The translations under genes and the position numbers were made by a program. Below, in pieces: positions 5,302 through 5,837 of a stretch of DNA of 5,837 nt. Location of the stretch: the IMG/VR virus record IMGVR_UViG_2684622619_000009; one strand, 5' to 3'. The notes under the pieces are model-generated. The model made no database searches. It had not been told where the DNA came from and saw nothing but the letters and a program-made list of their open reading frames with translations. The stretch comes from a virus (Duplodnaviria; Heunggongvirae; Uroviricota; Caudoviricetes). Every line of letters begins with the position of its first letter. Positions within the stretch are counted from its first letter, which is position 1.

Positions 5302-5837
5302 GTGCGGGTATTACTTCGACCTGTTCTGGTTCCGGAACTCGGGCTGGTGGTCCTTAAGCCCGGTCGTGAATCATTGCCAGTTTTTCATCGCGGCAGGGTG
5401 CTGGTGGAGCCGGAACCGAAAAACATGCGGGCGCTGCCATCTGGAGCGGTTCCTGCTGTTCGCCAGCCGCTGGCGGAAGATAAATCACTGCTGCCATTTT
5501 TCAGCGATGAGCGGGTGATTCGTGCAGCTGGCGGCGCTGGTGCACTGTCTGACTGGTTATTACGTCACGTGAAATCCTGCCAGTGGCCACACGGCGATTA
5601 TCATCACAGCGAAACCGTTATTCACAGTTACGGTGCTGGCGCAATGGTGTTGTGCTGGCACTGCGACAACCAGCTGCGCGACCAGACCTCCGAATCACTT
5701 GAGCAACTTACTCAACAAAATCTGACAGCCTGGATGATTGACGTCATACGCCATGTAATGAATGGCACGCAGGAGCGGGAATTATCGCTGGCTGAATTAT
5801 CCTGGTGGGCAGTCTGCAATCAGGTGGTGGACGCATT
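5302..5837 (+). CDS. DUF968-like lambdoid prophage protein with Cys/His-rich motif, 3' end beyond window
   Basis: Frame 1 is open from 5218 to the window end and is not listed in the ORF track. Translation ...LSDWLLRHVKSCQWPHGDYHHSETVIHSYGAGAMVLCWHCDNQLRDQ... is protein-like with a probable metal-binding C/H cluster. GTG 5302 lies 4-5 nt after GGAGG (5293-5297); ATG 5269 is an alternative start. Family assignment is from memory of YdfU-like proteins and is unverified. Confidence 0.55.
   Translation, partial: MRVLLRPVLVPELGLVVLKPGRESLPVFHRGRVLVEPEPKNMRALPSGAVPAVRQPLAEDKSLLPFFSDERVIRAAGGAGALSDWLLRHVKSCQWPHGDYHHSETVIHSYGAGAMVLCWHCDNQLRDQTSESLEQLTQQNLTAWMIDVIRHVMNGTQERELSLAELSWWAVCNQVVDA

Noticed and set aside
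5300-5518. + strand ORF 5300..5518 (72 aa, W/C-rich)
   Set aside because: Low-complexity translation (MCGYYFDLFWFRNSGWW...); the overlapping frame-1 reading is protein-like and continues to the window end, so frame 2 is taken as non-coding.

Overview
This window reads as the early-right / nin-like region of a lambdoid enterobacterial prophage, with every credible gene on the + strand. All calls are from reading the sequence and from recalled family signatures; no searches were run. In order: (1) a replication module with a lambda O-like initiator gene carrying an embedded origin (two phased GTCACG iteron clusters plus a 12-bp AT-rich tandem repeat) and a lambda P-like gene; (2) a chain of small, translationally coupled genes of unknown function (1616-3174); (3) an AT-rich moron-like insert encoding a 72-aa single-pass membrane protein, followed by a DUF551-like protein and a coupled 27-aa hydrophobic peptide; (4) a hok/sok-type type I toxin-antitoxin locus whose leader and N-terminal codons are hidden by a 76-nt N-run; (5) a secreted YgiW/YdeI (BOF, OB-fold) family protein gene with its own terminator; (6) a 90-aa ORF and the 5' part of a Cys/His-rich protein that resembles the DUF968 gene found just upstream of Q in E. 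coli prophages such as Qin. No tRNA, rRNA, CRISPR array or IS element was seen. The most interesting items are the masked hok locus, the AT-rich small-membrane-protein moron with a hairpin between its Shine-Dalgarno and start codon, and the prophage-borne YgiW-family gene.
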